NCBI GenBank assembly: GCA_964506615.1
Contig: CAZDLC010000001.1
Location: 1 to 49,138, forward strand
DNA: 49,138 nt
From: an uncultured archaeon
GTDB taxonomy: Archaea; Aenigmatarchaeota; Aenigmatarchaeia; CG10238-14; SCSR01
Direction: 5' to 3'
Shown: positions 18,200 through 27,096 of the stretch, in pieces
How positions within the stretch are numbered: position 1 is the stretch's first letter
Layout: every line of letters starts with the position of its first letter
The notes under the pieces: generated by a model
Seen by the model: only the letters and a program-made list of their open reading frames with translations
What the model was told of the DNA's origin: nothing
Database searches by the model: none
Made by a program: the position numbers and the translations under genes

Positions 18200-19495
18200 T
18201 CAAGAACTTTCTTTCAAAATTTTAATAACTTCACTCAACTCTACTTCCCTTTCAACCTTCCTTTTCATATCCCTTAGCCTAAACTTCTTTTCACTCAGCT
18301 CTTTTTCGCCGATTATTAGCACATAAGGAATTCCCAAAGAATCTGCATACTTTAGCTGTCTTGTCAAATTCCTCTCCCTTAAGTCAAAATCTGTTTTAAT
18401 TCCATTCTCCCTTAACTTTTGAATTATTTCCAAAGAATTTTTCAAAACTTCTTTATTTAGCGTAGCTACGAAAATTTCTGTTTTAGACTTTTTTTCTTTT
18501 ACCATCTTTTCTCTTTTCATAATTTCTATTATTCTTTCAATTCCTAAGCTAATTCCTGTTGCCGGGATTTTTCTTCCTGCGAATATCCCAATTAGCTCGT
18601 CATATCTTCCACCGCCTGCAATGCTTCCTATACTACTTCCCGCAGAAATTTCAAAAATAGGCCCAGTATAATAGTCTAAGCCTCTTGCCAAGCTCAAATC
18701 TATTTTAATTTTTGCCTTAACTTTCATCTTTTCAAGATAAAAGACAATTTCCCTCAATTCTTCAATCCCTTCTTTTCCTTCATCAAAATTCAATTCTTCA
18801 ATTTTCTCAAAAACTTTTTGTGGAATTTCATCAGTTTTAATAAAATCAAAAATCTTTTTTATCGAATTTTTTGAAACTCCCTTTTCTTCCAATTCTTTTT
18901 TTACTTTTTCTTCGCCAATTTTTTCAATTTTATCCAAGCTCCTAAAAACATCCAAACTTTTTTCTTCTTCTATTTCAGCAAATTTTACTAGAGCAGACAA
19001 AATTTTTCTGTTGTTTATTCTAACTATAAAATCTTTAAAACCTAAAGAATTTAAGCAAAATACTGCGCAAGCAATTACTTCAGTATCAGCAAGCATGCTT
19101 CCTGAACCTACTATATCTATATCTGCCTGCAAAAATTCCCTTAGCCTGCCTTTTGAAACATCTCCGTAGCGCCAAACATTTTGGATTTGATACCTTTTAA
19201 AAGGTAATGGTAAGTTTGGGTTTGAAGCAACAACTCTTGCTAAAGGAACTGTTAAATCATATCTTAGCCCAACTCTTCTTTTCCCTAAATCTTCAAAGTT
19301 GTAAGTTTCCTTTAAAATCTCTTCTCCTCCAGCCCCTTTTGCTGAAAGTATTTCCCAGGATTCGAGAGCAGGAGTTTCTAAAGGCTGAAAACCAAACAAT
19401 TCAAAAGTATTCTTAACTTTTTCCAAAATTTTCTGTCTTATTATCATTTCTTCCGGTAAAAAATCTCTTGTTCCTTTCAAAGGCTTGAGTTCCAT
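18200..19495 (-). CDS. hisS: Histidyl-tRNA synthetase
   Basis: LKGTRDFLPEE, the class II motifs (RYDLTVP, FLQADIDIVG, GGGRYD), and a C-terminal anticodon-binding domain. Confidence 0.95.
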   Translation of the reverse strand: MELKPLKGTRDFLPEEMIIRQKILEKVKNTFELFGFQPLETPALESWEILSAKGAGGEEILKETYNFEDLGKRRVGLRYDLTVPLARVVASNPNLPLPFKRYQIQNVWRYGDVSKGRLREFLQADIDIVGSGSMLADTEVIACAVFCLNSLGFKDFIVRINNRKILSALVKFAEIEEEKSLDVFRSLDKIEKIGEEKVKKELEEKGVSKNSIKKIFDFIKTDEIPQKVFEKIEELNFDEGKEGIEELREIVFYLEKMKVKAKIKIDLSLARGLDYYTGPIFEISAGSSIGSIAGGGRYDELIGIFAGRKIPATGISLGIERIIEIMKREKMVKEKKSKTEIFVATLNKEVLKNSLEIIQKLRENGIKTDFDLRERNLTRQLKYADSLGIPYVLIIGEKELSEKKFRLRDMKRKVEREVELSEVIKILKESS

Positions 19496-19540
19496 AAAAG
19501 TTCCTCTAATTATATTTGTTTTATAATTTAGTTTAATGCT

Positions 19541-19825
19541 TTAGTGTCGAGGAGGTTCTGGTTCCCTATCCTTATAAACAGGGTATGCAATGTAGACTGT
19601 TTTAGTTAAGCAGTAAGAGAGTTTTACTAGGTATTTTTTGCCTTCTACTTCTATTCTGCTATATTTACTATCAGAAGGAAATGTACGCTGATTAAACTCT
19701 TTTACGGGTAAAATTTTTTCTATACAAAAATTTGCGCAATTTAAGTCTTCCACAAACTCTGAAAAATTGGTATAAATTTTCGTTTCTAACATTTTCATTT
19801 TTTCGATAGATCCTTCCGATACCAT
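19541..19825 (-). CDS. Hypothetical small protein
   Basis: A 94-aa ORF between tRNA-His and hisS with no recognisable motif. Alternative Met starts lie 9 to 11 codons in. Confidence 0.35.
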   Translation of the reverse strand: MVSEGSIEKMKMLETKIYTNFSEFVEDLNCANFCIEKILPVKEFNQRTFPSDSKYSRIEVEGKKYLVKLSYCLTKTVYIAYPVYKDREPEPPRH

Positions 19826-20070
19826 AGTATCACCTCTTTTGGGCCAGAAGCGGGATTCGAACCCGCTCCAGGAGTTCCACAGACTCCTGTGCTACCCTTA
19901 CACCATTCTGGCCATCTTTCAGGAATAAGAATCAGTCTACCTTTTTTAGCTAGAATTTTCACTCTACAACCTTCAATTATCTTTAACTTTGCTCTTAACT
20001 TGATAGGAATAGAAACTCTTCCTTTCGAGTCAACTTTAGAAACAAAACTAAACAAAGTGAACTGAATCAC
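19795..20070 (-). CDS. SpoVT/AbrB-type DNA-binding domain protein; 3' end uncertain because the ORF reads through tRNA-His
   Basis: Residues 10-50 (SKVDSKGRVSIPIKLRAKLKIIEGCRVKILAKKGRLILIP) match the AbrB/MazE swapped-hairpin motif. Codon 53 coincides with the tRNA 5' end. The remaining 38 codons come from tRNA and spacer sequence. GTG start. Confidence 0.45.
   Translation of the reverse strand: MIQFTLFSFVSKVDSKGRVSIPIKLRAKLKIIEGCRVKILAKKGRLILIPERWPEWCKGSTGVCGTPGAGSNPASGPKEVILWYRKDLSKK
19842..19913 (-). tRNA. tRNA-His (anticodon GUG) with genomically encoded G-1; CCA not encoded
   Basis: The reverse complement folds as a cloverleaf. Acceptor GCCAGAA/UUCUGGC, D arm GUGU-AAGGGUA-GCAC, and anticodon arm GGAGU-CUGUGGA-ACUCC. 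T arm GCGGG-UUCGAAU-CCCGC. An extra 5' G sits opposite discriminator C73. Confidence 0.9.
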
Positions 20071-20361
20071 TTTTCGTGAAGGCGCTTACCTCCCATATTT
20101 CTCCCTAAAAATTAAATTAGAGAAAGCTTTTAAATAGTTTGAGGTGGGACTAAAAAATTTTTATACCTTCATTTTACTTAGGAGTTTAACTGTATGCTAT
20201 AAATTTTTCCGATTTATGAAAATAAATTCTTCTTTATTTTTTTGCCAAAAGTGATGCTAAACTTTTTTAAAAAGTTTTACAGCTTCTCTTAACTTACATA
20301 TTTTTCAGAAAAAATTTTCGTGGAGGGTAATTCAAGCTAAAGAGAATTCGTTTCTTATTTT

Positions 20362-20481
20362 TTAAACAACCCTTCTTCCCGAAAAGTATGTTTGCTCTAT
20401 TAAAAGGCCGCACTTCTTGCAAAACATTCCTTCGTTCTTTACTTCTACTTTCTCACTTCCGCATTCTGGACAACTTTCCAT
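20362..20481 (-). CDS. 39-aa zinc-ribbon miniprotein resembling the TFB/TFIIB N-terminal ribbon
   Basis: Hand translation gives MESCPECGSEKVEVKNEGMFCKKCGLLIEQTYFSGRRVV. The SCPECGS and FCKxCGxxI blocks match the N-terminus of the TFB encoded at 42931. It is below the 60-aa cutoff of the ORF track. Confidence 0.5.
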   Translation of the reverse strand: MESCPECGSEKVEVKNEGMFCKKCGLLIEQTYFSGRRVV

Positions 20482-20661
20482 GCTCTCAATTTCTCTAAAA
20501 TTTTTTAAATCCTTTTCTATTCGAAAATATGGAAAACCAAAAATTTAGGTTTGAAAAAATATTTTTCTTAAAGGATTTTGCCCAAATTTTTTAAAATAAT
20601 TTAAAATTTTGAAGAGTGTATTGGATTGCATAATTTTAAATCTAACAAATCCAAATGAAAA

Positions 20662-22473
20662 ATGGAGAATATGGTAAAGAGAATAGCTTGTGATACTTCG
20701 ATAATAATAGATGGAAAAATAACCGAGATAATAAAAAAAGAAAAGGAGAAAGATTTAGAAGTTATTATACCTGTTGCTGTTTTAGATGAATTGCAAGCTC
20801 AAGCTTCAAAAGGAAGGGAGCCTGGGTTTATTGGCTTGGATGAGCTAAAAAAACTTCGTGAGTTGTGCGAGAAAAAGGGTATAAGGATAAGGTTTGCTGG
20901 GGAAAGGCCAAGCTTAGAAGATATAAAGCTTGCACATTCGGGTAGAATAGATGCCATAATTAGGGATGTTGCAAAAAAGGAAAAAGCCACTTTATTAACA
21001 GCAGATTATGTTCAAGCCTTGGTAGCTGAAGCAGAGGGAATAAGCGTAAAGTACATCCCTTCTGAAGTTAAAACTACAGGCTTAGAATTCGAAAAATTTT
21101 TTGATGAAGAAACTTTGAGTGTCCATTTAAAGGAAAATGTCCCGCCTTATGCAAAAAAAGGCAAGCCTGGAAATTTTAAACTCGTTAAATTAAGAGAAGA
21201 AGCTTGTACTACAGAAGAATTGGAAAAAATTGTGAAAGAAATTCTGGAAGCGACTAGAGTTAGCGAAGAAGGTTATGTTGAAATTGCAAGAAGCGGAGCA
21301 ACTGTCATACAGCTTGGAAGTTATAGAATTGCTATAGCAAGGCCACCTTTTTCTGATGGGCTTGAAGTTACTATAGTTAGGCCATTAGTGAAGCTTAAGC
21401 TGGAAGATTATAAGCTTTCTGAAAAACTTATGAAAAGACTTAAAGAAAGAGCTGAAGGTATATTGATAGCTGGCCCCCCAGGAGCAGGAAAGAGCTGCTT
21501 GGCATCGAGCTTAGCAGAATTTTACAAAAGTCAAGGAAAAATAGTTAAAACTTTGGAATCTCCAAGAGATTTGCAGGTTAGCGATGAAATAACTCAATAT
21601 TCTCCTTTAGAAGGGAGTTTTGAAAAAACTGCAGATATTTTGCTTTTGGTTAGACCTGATTATTCCATTTTTGATGAAGTAAGGAAATCAAAAGATTTTG
21701 AAGTTTTTGCAGACATGAGATTAGCAGGAGTAGGAATGGTAGGCGTAGTTCATGCAAGTAATGCTATAGATGCTATTCAAAGATTTATGGGGAAAGTTGA
21801 ACTTGGAATGATCCCTCATATAATAGATACTGTAATTTTTGTGAAAGATGGTGAAGTTAAAAAAGTTTATGAATTAAGTATGAAAGTTAAAGTTCCTACA
21901 GGTATGACAGAAGAGGATCTTGCAAGACCTGTGGTTGAGGTTAGAGATTTTGAAACAGGAAAGCTTGAGTATGAAATTTATAGTTTCGGCGAGGAAAATG
22001 TTGTAGTTCCTGTAAGCGAGAAAGAAAAAATTAGCGCTATAGAAAAGCTTGCAAAAGAGAGAATTCTTGAAGAAGTAAGAAAGTACGACCAAAATGCTGA
22101 AATCGAATTTGCTTCAGGTGAAAAAGTTGTAATAAGGGTTGAAAATAGAGCTATACCTTATCTCATAGGTAAAAACGGTAGCAACATTTCTAGGCTGGAA
22201 AAAAAGCTTGGAATAAAAATAGATGTAAAGCCAAGAATACCTGCTCTCGGAAAAGAAGTTTATTTTGAAATAGAGGAAACAGGAAATAGCATAGGATTAA
22301 GGTTTAGTAAGGAATTGACAGGAAGGATTGCAAGCATTTATATAGGAGAAAACTTTCTATTTTCTGCTACTATAGGTAAAAAAGGCAGAATTAGAGTTAG
22401 CAAATCTTCTGAAATAGGAAGTAAATTGCTAGAAGCGATTCTTTCAAACAAAAAAATTAGGGCCTTTGTTTAA
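20662..22473 (+). CDS. PIN domain - PilT-like ATPase - KH domain protein (COG1855-like)
   Basis: N-terminal PIN (IACDTSIIIDG...LDELQ), Walker A AGPPGAGKS, and C-terminal KH-like IPYLIGKNGSNISRLEKKLGIKIDV. Confidence 0.85.
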   Translation: MENMVKRIACDTSIIIDGKITEIIKKEKEKDLEVIIPVAVLDELQAQASKGREPGFIGLDELKKLRELCEKKGIRIRFAGERPSLEDIKLAHSGRIDAIIRDVAKKEKATLLTADYVQALVAEAEGISVKYIPSEVKTTGLEFEKFFDEETLSVHLKENVPPYAKKGKPGNFKLVKLREEACTTEELEKIVKEILEATRVSEEGYVEIARSGATVIQLGSYRIAIARPPFSDGLEVTIVRPLVKLKLEDYKLSEKLMKRLKERAEGILIAGPPGAGKSCLASSLAEFYKSQGKIVKTLESPRDLQVSDEITQYSPLEGSFEKTADILLLVRPDYSIFDEVRKSKDFEVFADMRLAGVGMVGVVHASNAIDAIQRFMGKVELGMIPHIIDTVIFVKDGEVKKVYELSMKVKVPTGMTEEDLARPVVEVRDFETGKLEYEIYSFGEENVVVPVSEKEKISAIEKLAKERILEEVRKYDQNAEIEFASGEKVVIRVENRAIPYLIGKNGSNISRLEKKLGIKIDVKPRIPALGKEVYFEIEETGNSIGLRFSKELTGRIASIYIGENFLFSATIGKKGRIRVSKSSEIGSKLLEAILSNKKIRAFV

Positions 22474-23252
22474 GTTCCAAACCTTCTTTTTCTTCTTTGA
22501 TAAGTTCTTATTGCTCTAAGAAGATCTATTCTCCTGAATTCTGGCCAGTAAACCTCAAGAAAAACCAATTCACTGTAAGCAGCTTGCCATAGCAAGAAAT
22601 TACTTATTCTTTCTTCCCCTGAAGTTCTTATAACAATATCTGGCTCAGGATAAGGTAAGGAAGAAGTATATAAAAATTTTTCGAAAGTCCTTTCGTTTAT
22701 ATTCTCTAACTTTAAACTTCCTTTTTCTACTTCTTTAGCTATTTTTTTAACAGCTTCTAAAATTTCATTCCTTCCGCCATAGCCTATTGCAAGATTTAAA
22801 TTAAATCTTTCATTTTTCCTTGTTTTTTCTTCAAGTTTTTCAGCAAGTTCTTTCAAATCTGCTGGAAGTAATTCCCTATTGCCTAAGATATTAACCTTTA
22901 CTCCTTCCTTATAAATTCTCTCATTTTCCAGAGCTTTTCTTAACTCTTTTCTTATAACATCTAAAACAGGTTCGAGTTCTTCTTTTTTCCTTCTTAAATT
23001 TTCTGTCGAAAGACAATAAAGCGTAAGGGAAGGGATTTTAAGATCTAAACACCACTCAAGCAACCTTTCAACATTTTTAGCGCCATACTCATAAGCAGAA
23101 TTCAAATTTATTCCTTTACTTTTTGCAAATCTTCTGTTTCCATCGAGAATTATTGCTACATGCTTAGGTATTTCGCCATCTTTAACTTGCATTTCAAGCC
23201 ATTTCTCATAAATATTATAAATTTTTAAAACTTTTAACAAACCTCTGAGCAT
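22470..23252 (-). CDS. uppS: cis-Prenyltransferase (undecaprenyl/di-trans,poly-cis-polyprenyl diphosphate synthase)
   Basis: HVAIILDGNRRFA, TLYCLSTENLRR, IRTSGEERISNFLLWQAAYSE. Confidence 0.9.
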   Translation of the reverse strand: MLRGLLKVLKIYNIYEKWLEMQVKDGEIPKHVAIILDGNRRFAKSKGINLNSAYEYGAKNVERLLEWCLDLKIPSLTLYCLSTENLRRKKEELEPVLDVIRKELRKALENERIYKEGVKVNILGNRELLPADLKELAEKLEEKTRKNERFNLNLAIGYGGRNEILEAVKKIAKEVEKGSLKLENINERTFEKFLYTSSLPYPEPDIVIRTSGEERISNFLLWQAAYSELVFLEVYWPEFRRIDLLRAIRTYQRRKRRFGT

Positions 23253-23508
23253 TCTGGCACAAATGAAATTTGAATTAGTTAGCTTAATTAACTTTTCTTC
23301 AATACAAAATCGTTCTCAAGCCTTTTCCAAAACGAACTTAAATAATTTTGGCTCGATTGTAAAAGCTGTGCATTAAGGCTTACATTTTTGTTTAAGAAAT
23401 TGAAAAGAATGAAATCGGAAATAGCTTAAAGTTTGTTTCTGATAACTTTAATAGAAAAATCCGTAAACTTTTATGTTGACGAAGATTTCTTGTTTTTCAG
23501 CAAAACTT

Positions 23509-23904
23509 CTACTTCAAATACTTTTGATAATATTCTTTTGCCTTACTTACAGCTTTTTCAGGATTTTTAAGGATGGGAAAACTTATACCAAGCAATTCTT
23601 CACATTTTCTAAAATACTCCTTAACTTTTTTGATATTTTCCTGATAAATTGCTAATCCTCCTGCTATTCTATACCATAATGCTGCTCTTGTTAAATCTCC
23701 GGATTCTTCGTATCTCTTAGCATTTTTATAAGCTTCTTGAATGCTAATTCCAATTTTTCTTGGATCAAGAAACATAGTTTGGTATAGTGCCTCATAAATC
23801 TCTTTATCTTCGCCACAAACCTCTTCTAACTCTGTTATTTTAACTTCTTCCTTAGGTTTCTCTTCTATCTTTTCTTCTTTCTTTTCCCAAAATTTTAATC
23901 TCAT
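23509..23904 (-). CDS. Hypothetical helical protein
   Basis: A 131-aa ORF that is the last gene of the peptidase gene string. It has a Lys/Glu-rich N-terminus and no recognisable family. Confidence 0.4.
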   Translation of the reverse strand: MRLKFWEKKEEKIEEKPKEEVKITELEEVCGEDKEIYEALYQTMFLDPRKIGISIQEAYKNAKRYEESGDLTRAALWYRIAGGLAIYQENIKKVKEYFRKCEELLGISFPILKNPEKAVSKAKEYYQKYLK

Positions 23905-23934
23905 GTTAAAAAATAGAAGAAAAAAATTTAAAAA

Positions 23935-24678
23935 TTAATCCGTTTCTATAAGCTTAGACTTCGTTAAAACTCTTATTCCCTTTTTTGTGAGCAAAATGTC
24001 ATTTTCAATTCTACAGCCTCCAATTCCTTTAACATAAATTCCAGGCTCTACAGTAAAAATCATGCCTGGTTGAAAACTTATTTTTTTGATTTTTTTCCAT
24101 TTCCTTTTCAACTTTTCCAGTTTTTTCTTACTCATTTTTTTCCTGAAATTTGGTTTTCCTATGGTTGGTAATTCATGAATTTTTTTGCCAATACCATGAC
24201 CTAAAGAGTGGCTAAGCTTAAAACCTTTCTTTCTCAAGAAAGAGTTCACCTTTTCGTATAATTTCCAGCAAGGCATCCCAATTTTAATTGATTTTATTGC
24301 AATTTCATAAGCTTTTAAAGTTGCTTCAACGATTTTTCTTTCTTTTTCACTTATTTTTCCTTTTATGAAAGGAACTGTAACATCAGATTTATAACCTTTA
24401 TAGCAAGCCCCAAAATCAACGTAGCCTAAACCTTTTATTATTTTATTAGTTGCTCTTGGCTTGGGATGAATCTTTGCTGATCTTTTACCGCAAGCAACGA
24501 TTGTTCTAAAAGAAAGAGTAGCTCCTTGCTTTCTTATGTTTTTTTCTATTCTTCTTCTCAACTCTTTTTCTGTGATTTTTTCTTTCAAAGATTCTTCTAT
24601 AATTTTTAAACAGGAATTAGATATTTCACAAGCTTTTTTTATAAGTTCAATTTCCTTATCTTTCTTAACTATTCCCAT
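23935..24678 (-). CDS. M24-family metallopeptidase (pita-bread catalytic domain only, Xaa-Pro peptidase-like)
   Basis: All five metal-ligand contexts are present in order: VDFG, SDVT, GHGIGKKIHE, FTVEPGIY, RIEND. A Lys-rich insert of about 30 aa lies between the His and Glu ligands. Confidence 0.8.
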   Translation of the reverse strand: MGIVKKDKEIELIKKACEISNSCLKIIEESLKEKITEKELRRRIEKNIRKQGATLSFRTIVACGKRSAKIHPKPRATNKIIKGLGYVDFGACYKGYKSDVTVPFIKGKISEKERKIVEATLKAYEIAIKSIKIGMPCWKLYEKVNSFLRKKGFKLSHSLGHGIGKKIHELPTIGKPNFRKKMSKKKLEKLKRKWKKIKKISFQPGMIFTVEPGIYVKGIGGCRIENDILLTKKGIRVLTKSKLIETD

Positions 24679-24817
24679 ACAATAAATACAGTGTGTTTAA
24701 TTTTTTGTAGGGAAAGTATCTTATTCATATAACTCTTCCCTAACAATTTTATTTTTCTTTACTTTAAATTAAAACATTCCCATTTTTATCGTAAGTTTTT
24801 ATCATCCTACTGTTGCT

Positions 24818-25756
24818 TTATGCTATTAATCTCCCGTTTTTCATTACAAGCTTGTCGTCAAACCATATAGTAGGGTTTTTTATTACTCCATCTATATGCA
24901 CTTTACTTTCATTTTTTCCTCCTATATTTTTATTATCGCCAAAAGCAAAATGGCATGTGCTATAAGCTTTTTCATCGTTTAAAATTTCGCCGATAATTTT
25001 TGCTTTCTTGTTCATCCCAACCGAAAATTCACAAAGAACTTTCGAATTTTTATCAGCTTTTCTAAGAATTTCTTTTAGCTTCTCAGCCTCTTTATCTCCT
25101 GAAATTTTTACTATTTTTCCTTTTTTAACTTCAACCTCAATTGGGAATTTAATTTTTCCAACTCCTACCATGCAAGTATCAAAAATTATTTTTCCGTAAC
25201 TTGAGTTTTCTAGTGGCGCAATTCCAACTTCACCAGCAGGCAAGTTATGCAAGCTTCCTGGTTTATCCAAAATTCCATCATCAACTTGAACTTTCCTTTT
25301 TCCTTTTTTCAGAACTATGTTAGTTCCAATTTTTGTTTTTACTCTTATAGTTTTAGCTTTTTCAAAAATTTTTGCAAATCTTTTGCATTCATTACTTAAT
25401 TTTTTGTAGTTAACATTTAGGGCAGGAAACATCTTTTCGCTAATTCCCGGCATACTAGCTATTCTTGCCCCAAAAATTCTAGCTTCTCTAACAGCCTTTG
25501 TATGAGTAAGGGAAATTGAGGTTATAGCTAAAATAACATCAGAAAATTTCATCGCTTCTTTTATGGCAAAGGGCGGTTCTCTTTGAGTTTCTTCCCTTAC
25601 TTTAATTTTAGAAGAATAAACTTCTGCTCTCAGCTTCTCACAATTTTTAAAAAATAAGTTTGCTATATCTTCTTTTTCTTCATCAAAAATTATTAAAACA
25701 TTTTCTCCGGGTTTTAAAAGAATAGAATTTCTCAAAACATTTTCAATCAAGTTCAT
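24818..25756 (-). CDS. M29/aminopeptidase T-like protein (short paralog)
   Basis: NLPAGEVGIAPLE, HFAFGDN and VHIDGV blocks run parallel to the upstream M29 gene. The start overlaps that gene's stop (ATGA). Confidence 0.7.
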   Translation of the reverse strand: MNLIENVLRNSILLKPGENVLIIFDEEKEDIANLFFKNCEKLRAEVYSSKIKVREETQREPPFAIKEAMKFSDVILAITSISLTHTKAVREARIFGARIASMPGISEKMFPALNVNYKKLSNECKRFAKIFEKAKTIRVKTKIGTNIVLKKGKRKVQVDDGILDKPGSLHNLPAGEVGIAPLENSSYGKIIFDTCMVGVGKIKFPIEVEVKKGKIVKISGDKEAEKLKEILRKADKNSKVLCEFSVGMNKKAKIIGEILNDEKAYSTCHFAFGDNKNIGGKNESKVHIDGVIKNPTIWFDDKLVMKNGRLIA

Positions 25757-27066
25757 TTTCTCACTGGCATTCCATCTTTCATCACAAGCTTTCCGTCAAC
25801 GTATAAATTCCCGCCTTTCCCTTTCATAATCTTAATCATATCCTGATGAGACGATGCTTTATTTTTTCCGTGGTAAGCTCCTCTATTGCTTCCTATAGCT
25901 ATATGAATTGTTCCAAATACTTTTTCATCAACTATAGTTTCTCCTACAAGCCTTGCTGACGGATTTGTCCCTATACCAAATTCAGCAATTTTATCCTTAT
26001 CACCTGTGTTTGAATCTAAAAATTTTTGGAATATTTTCTTTTGAGGAGAATCAAACCAAGCAATTTTCCCCTTTTTAAACTCAACTTTTAAGTTCTTAAC
26101 CAATCCAAAACCATGAATAACAACCCAATCGAAAATTATAAAACCATTTGCAGAATTTTCTAACGGAGCGACAAAAACTTCTCCGTCAGGAATATTTAGC
26201 CCAACATCACCTTTTTTAATATCTTCTTCGCTAATAATTCCGTCAGCAACTAAAATAGGCCTTCCCTTGATTCTAAAACTTAAATCTGTCCCATCATTTG
26301 CAACAATTCTTACTTCATCACTATTTTCCAAGACTTTTTTATAATATTCGCATAATTCCTTAACTTTTTTTGAGAATGTTGATTTTATGGAAGAGTAAAA
26401 TACTTTTTTATAAGTTGAGTATGGAACTAGCATTTGGCTTTTAGGTTTTTTAATGGGCCATCCAAAGTAGCACCATCTAACTTTTTTCTTGTCTATTATT
26501 TCCTTGATTTTTTGGGAAGCTGGAGCACTAATCTTAGCCTTCTCTTCCAAGCCCTTAAGCCAGTTTATGTCTTCATCACCGCCCAAAAAAATTCTTACAT
26601 CATAAGCTCCTGCAAAAAGTTTTGCTGTAACTGGAAGCTCCGCAGCAGTATCAAAGGGGATTAACTCTAAATGTCTTCTAGAATCTTTTGAGCTGTAAGT
26701 TAAATCAGTAACATGAGCCCCTTTTTTCCAACATTCTTCCAAAATAAACCTAGCAAGCTTTTCGCACTCCTTATCAGTCTTAGAGTAAACCAATCTTACA
26801 GTTTCTCCAACTTCTTTTTTGACAAAAAATTTTCCATCTTTTTCTATAATCAAAGGTCCAAAGTTAGGATCTTTAAGCTTTTCAACAACTTTCAATTCAT
26901 TTTTACTTAAAATTTCCTTTGAAAATTTTTCCAACTTCAAAAATTTTTCAACTATTTTTCCAAACTTTTTCCTAGCTTTTTCTATTCCAAAATTTTTCTT
27001 TCTCCCAATTTTCATAGATTTTACAAGTAGTTTAGCAATTTTTCTTAGCTCAGCTTCAGAAAGCAT
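25753..27066 (-). CDS. M29-family aminopeptidase (AmpS/PepS-like)
   Basis: NIPDGEVFVAPLE, EFGIGTNP, HIAIGSN and SSHQDMI blocks are typical of the thermophilic metalloprotease family M29. Confidence 0.8.
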   Translation of the reverse strand: MLSEAELRKIAKLLVKSMKIGRKKNFGIEKARKKFGKIVEKFLKLEKFSKEILSKNELKVVEKLKDPNFGPLIIEKDGKFFVKKEVGETVRLVYSKTDKECEKLARFILEECWKKGAHVTDLTYSSKDSRRHLELIPFDTAAELPVTAKLFAGAYDVRIFLGGDEDINWLKGLEEKAKISAPASQKIKEIIDKKKVRWCYFGWPIKKPKSQMLVPYSTYKKVFYSSIKSTFSKKVKELCEYYKKVLENSDEVRIVANDGTDLSFRIKGRPILVADGIISEEDIKKGDVGLNIPDGEVFVAPLENSANGFIIFDWVVIHGFGLVKNLKVEFKKGKIAWFDSPQKKIFQKFLDSNTGDKDKIAEFGIGTNPSARLVGETIVDEKVFGTIHIAIGSNRGAYHGKNKASSHQDMIKIMKGKGGNLYVDGKLVMKDGMPVRK

Positions 27067-27096
27067 AATTAATATTTTGTAAAAATAAAATTAACC

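Noticed and set aside
20071-20328. Direct repeat TTTTCGTG(A/G)AGG at 20071 and 20317, flanking about 245 bp next to tRNA-His. Considered as possible att sites or a target-site duplication.
   Set aside because: It is only about 12 nt with one mismatch. No integrase or element cargo lies between the copies, and it does not match the tRNA sequence, so it is consistent with chance.
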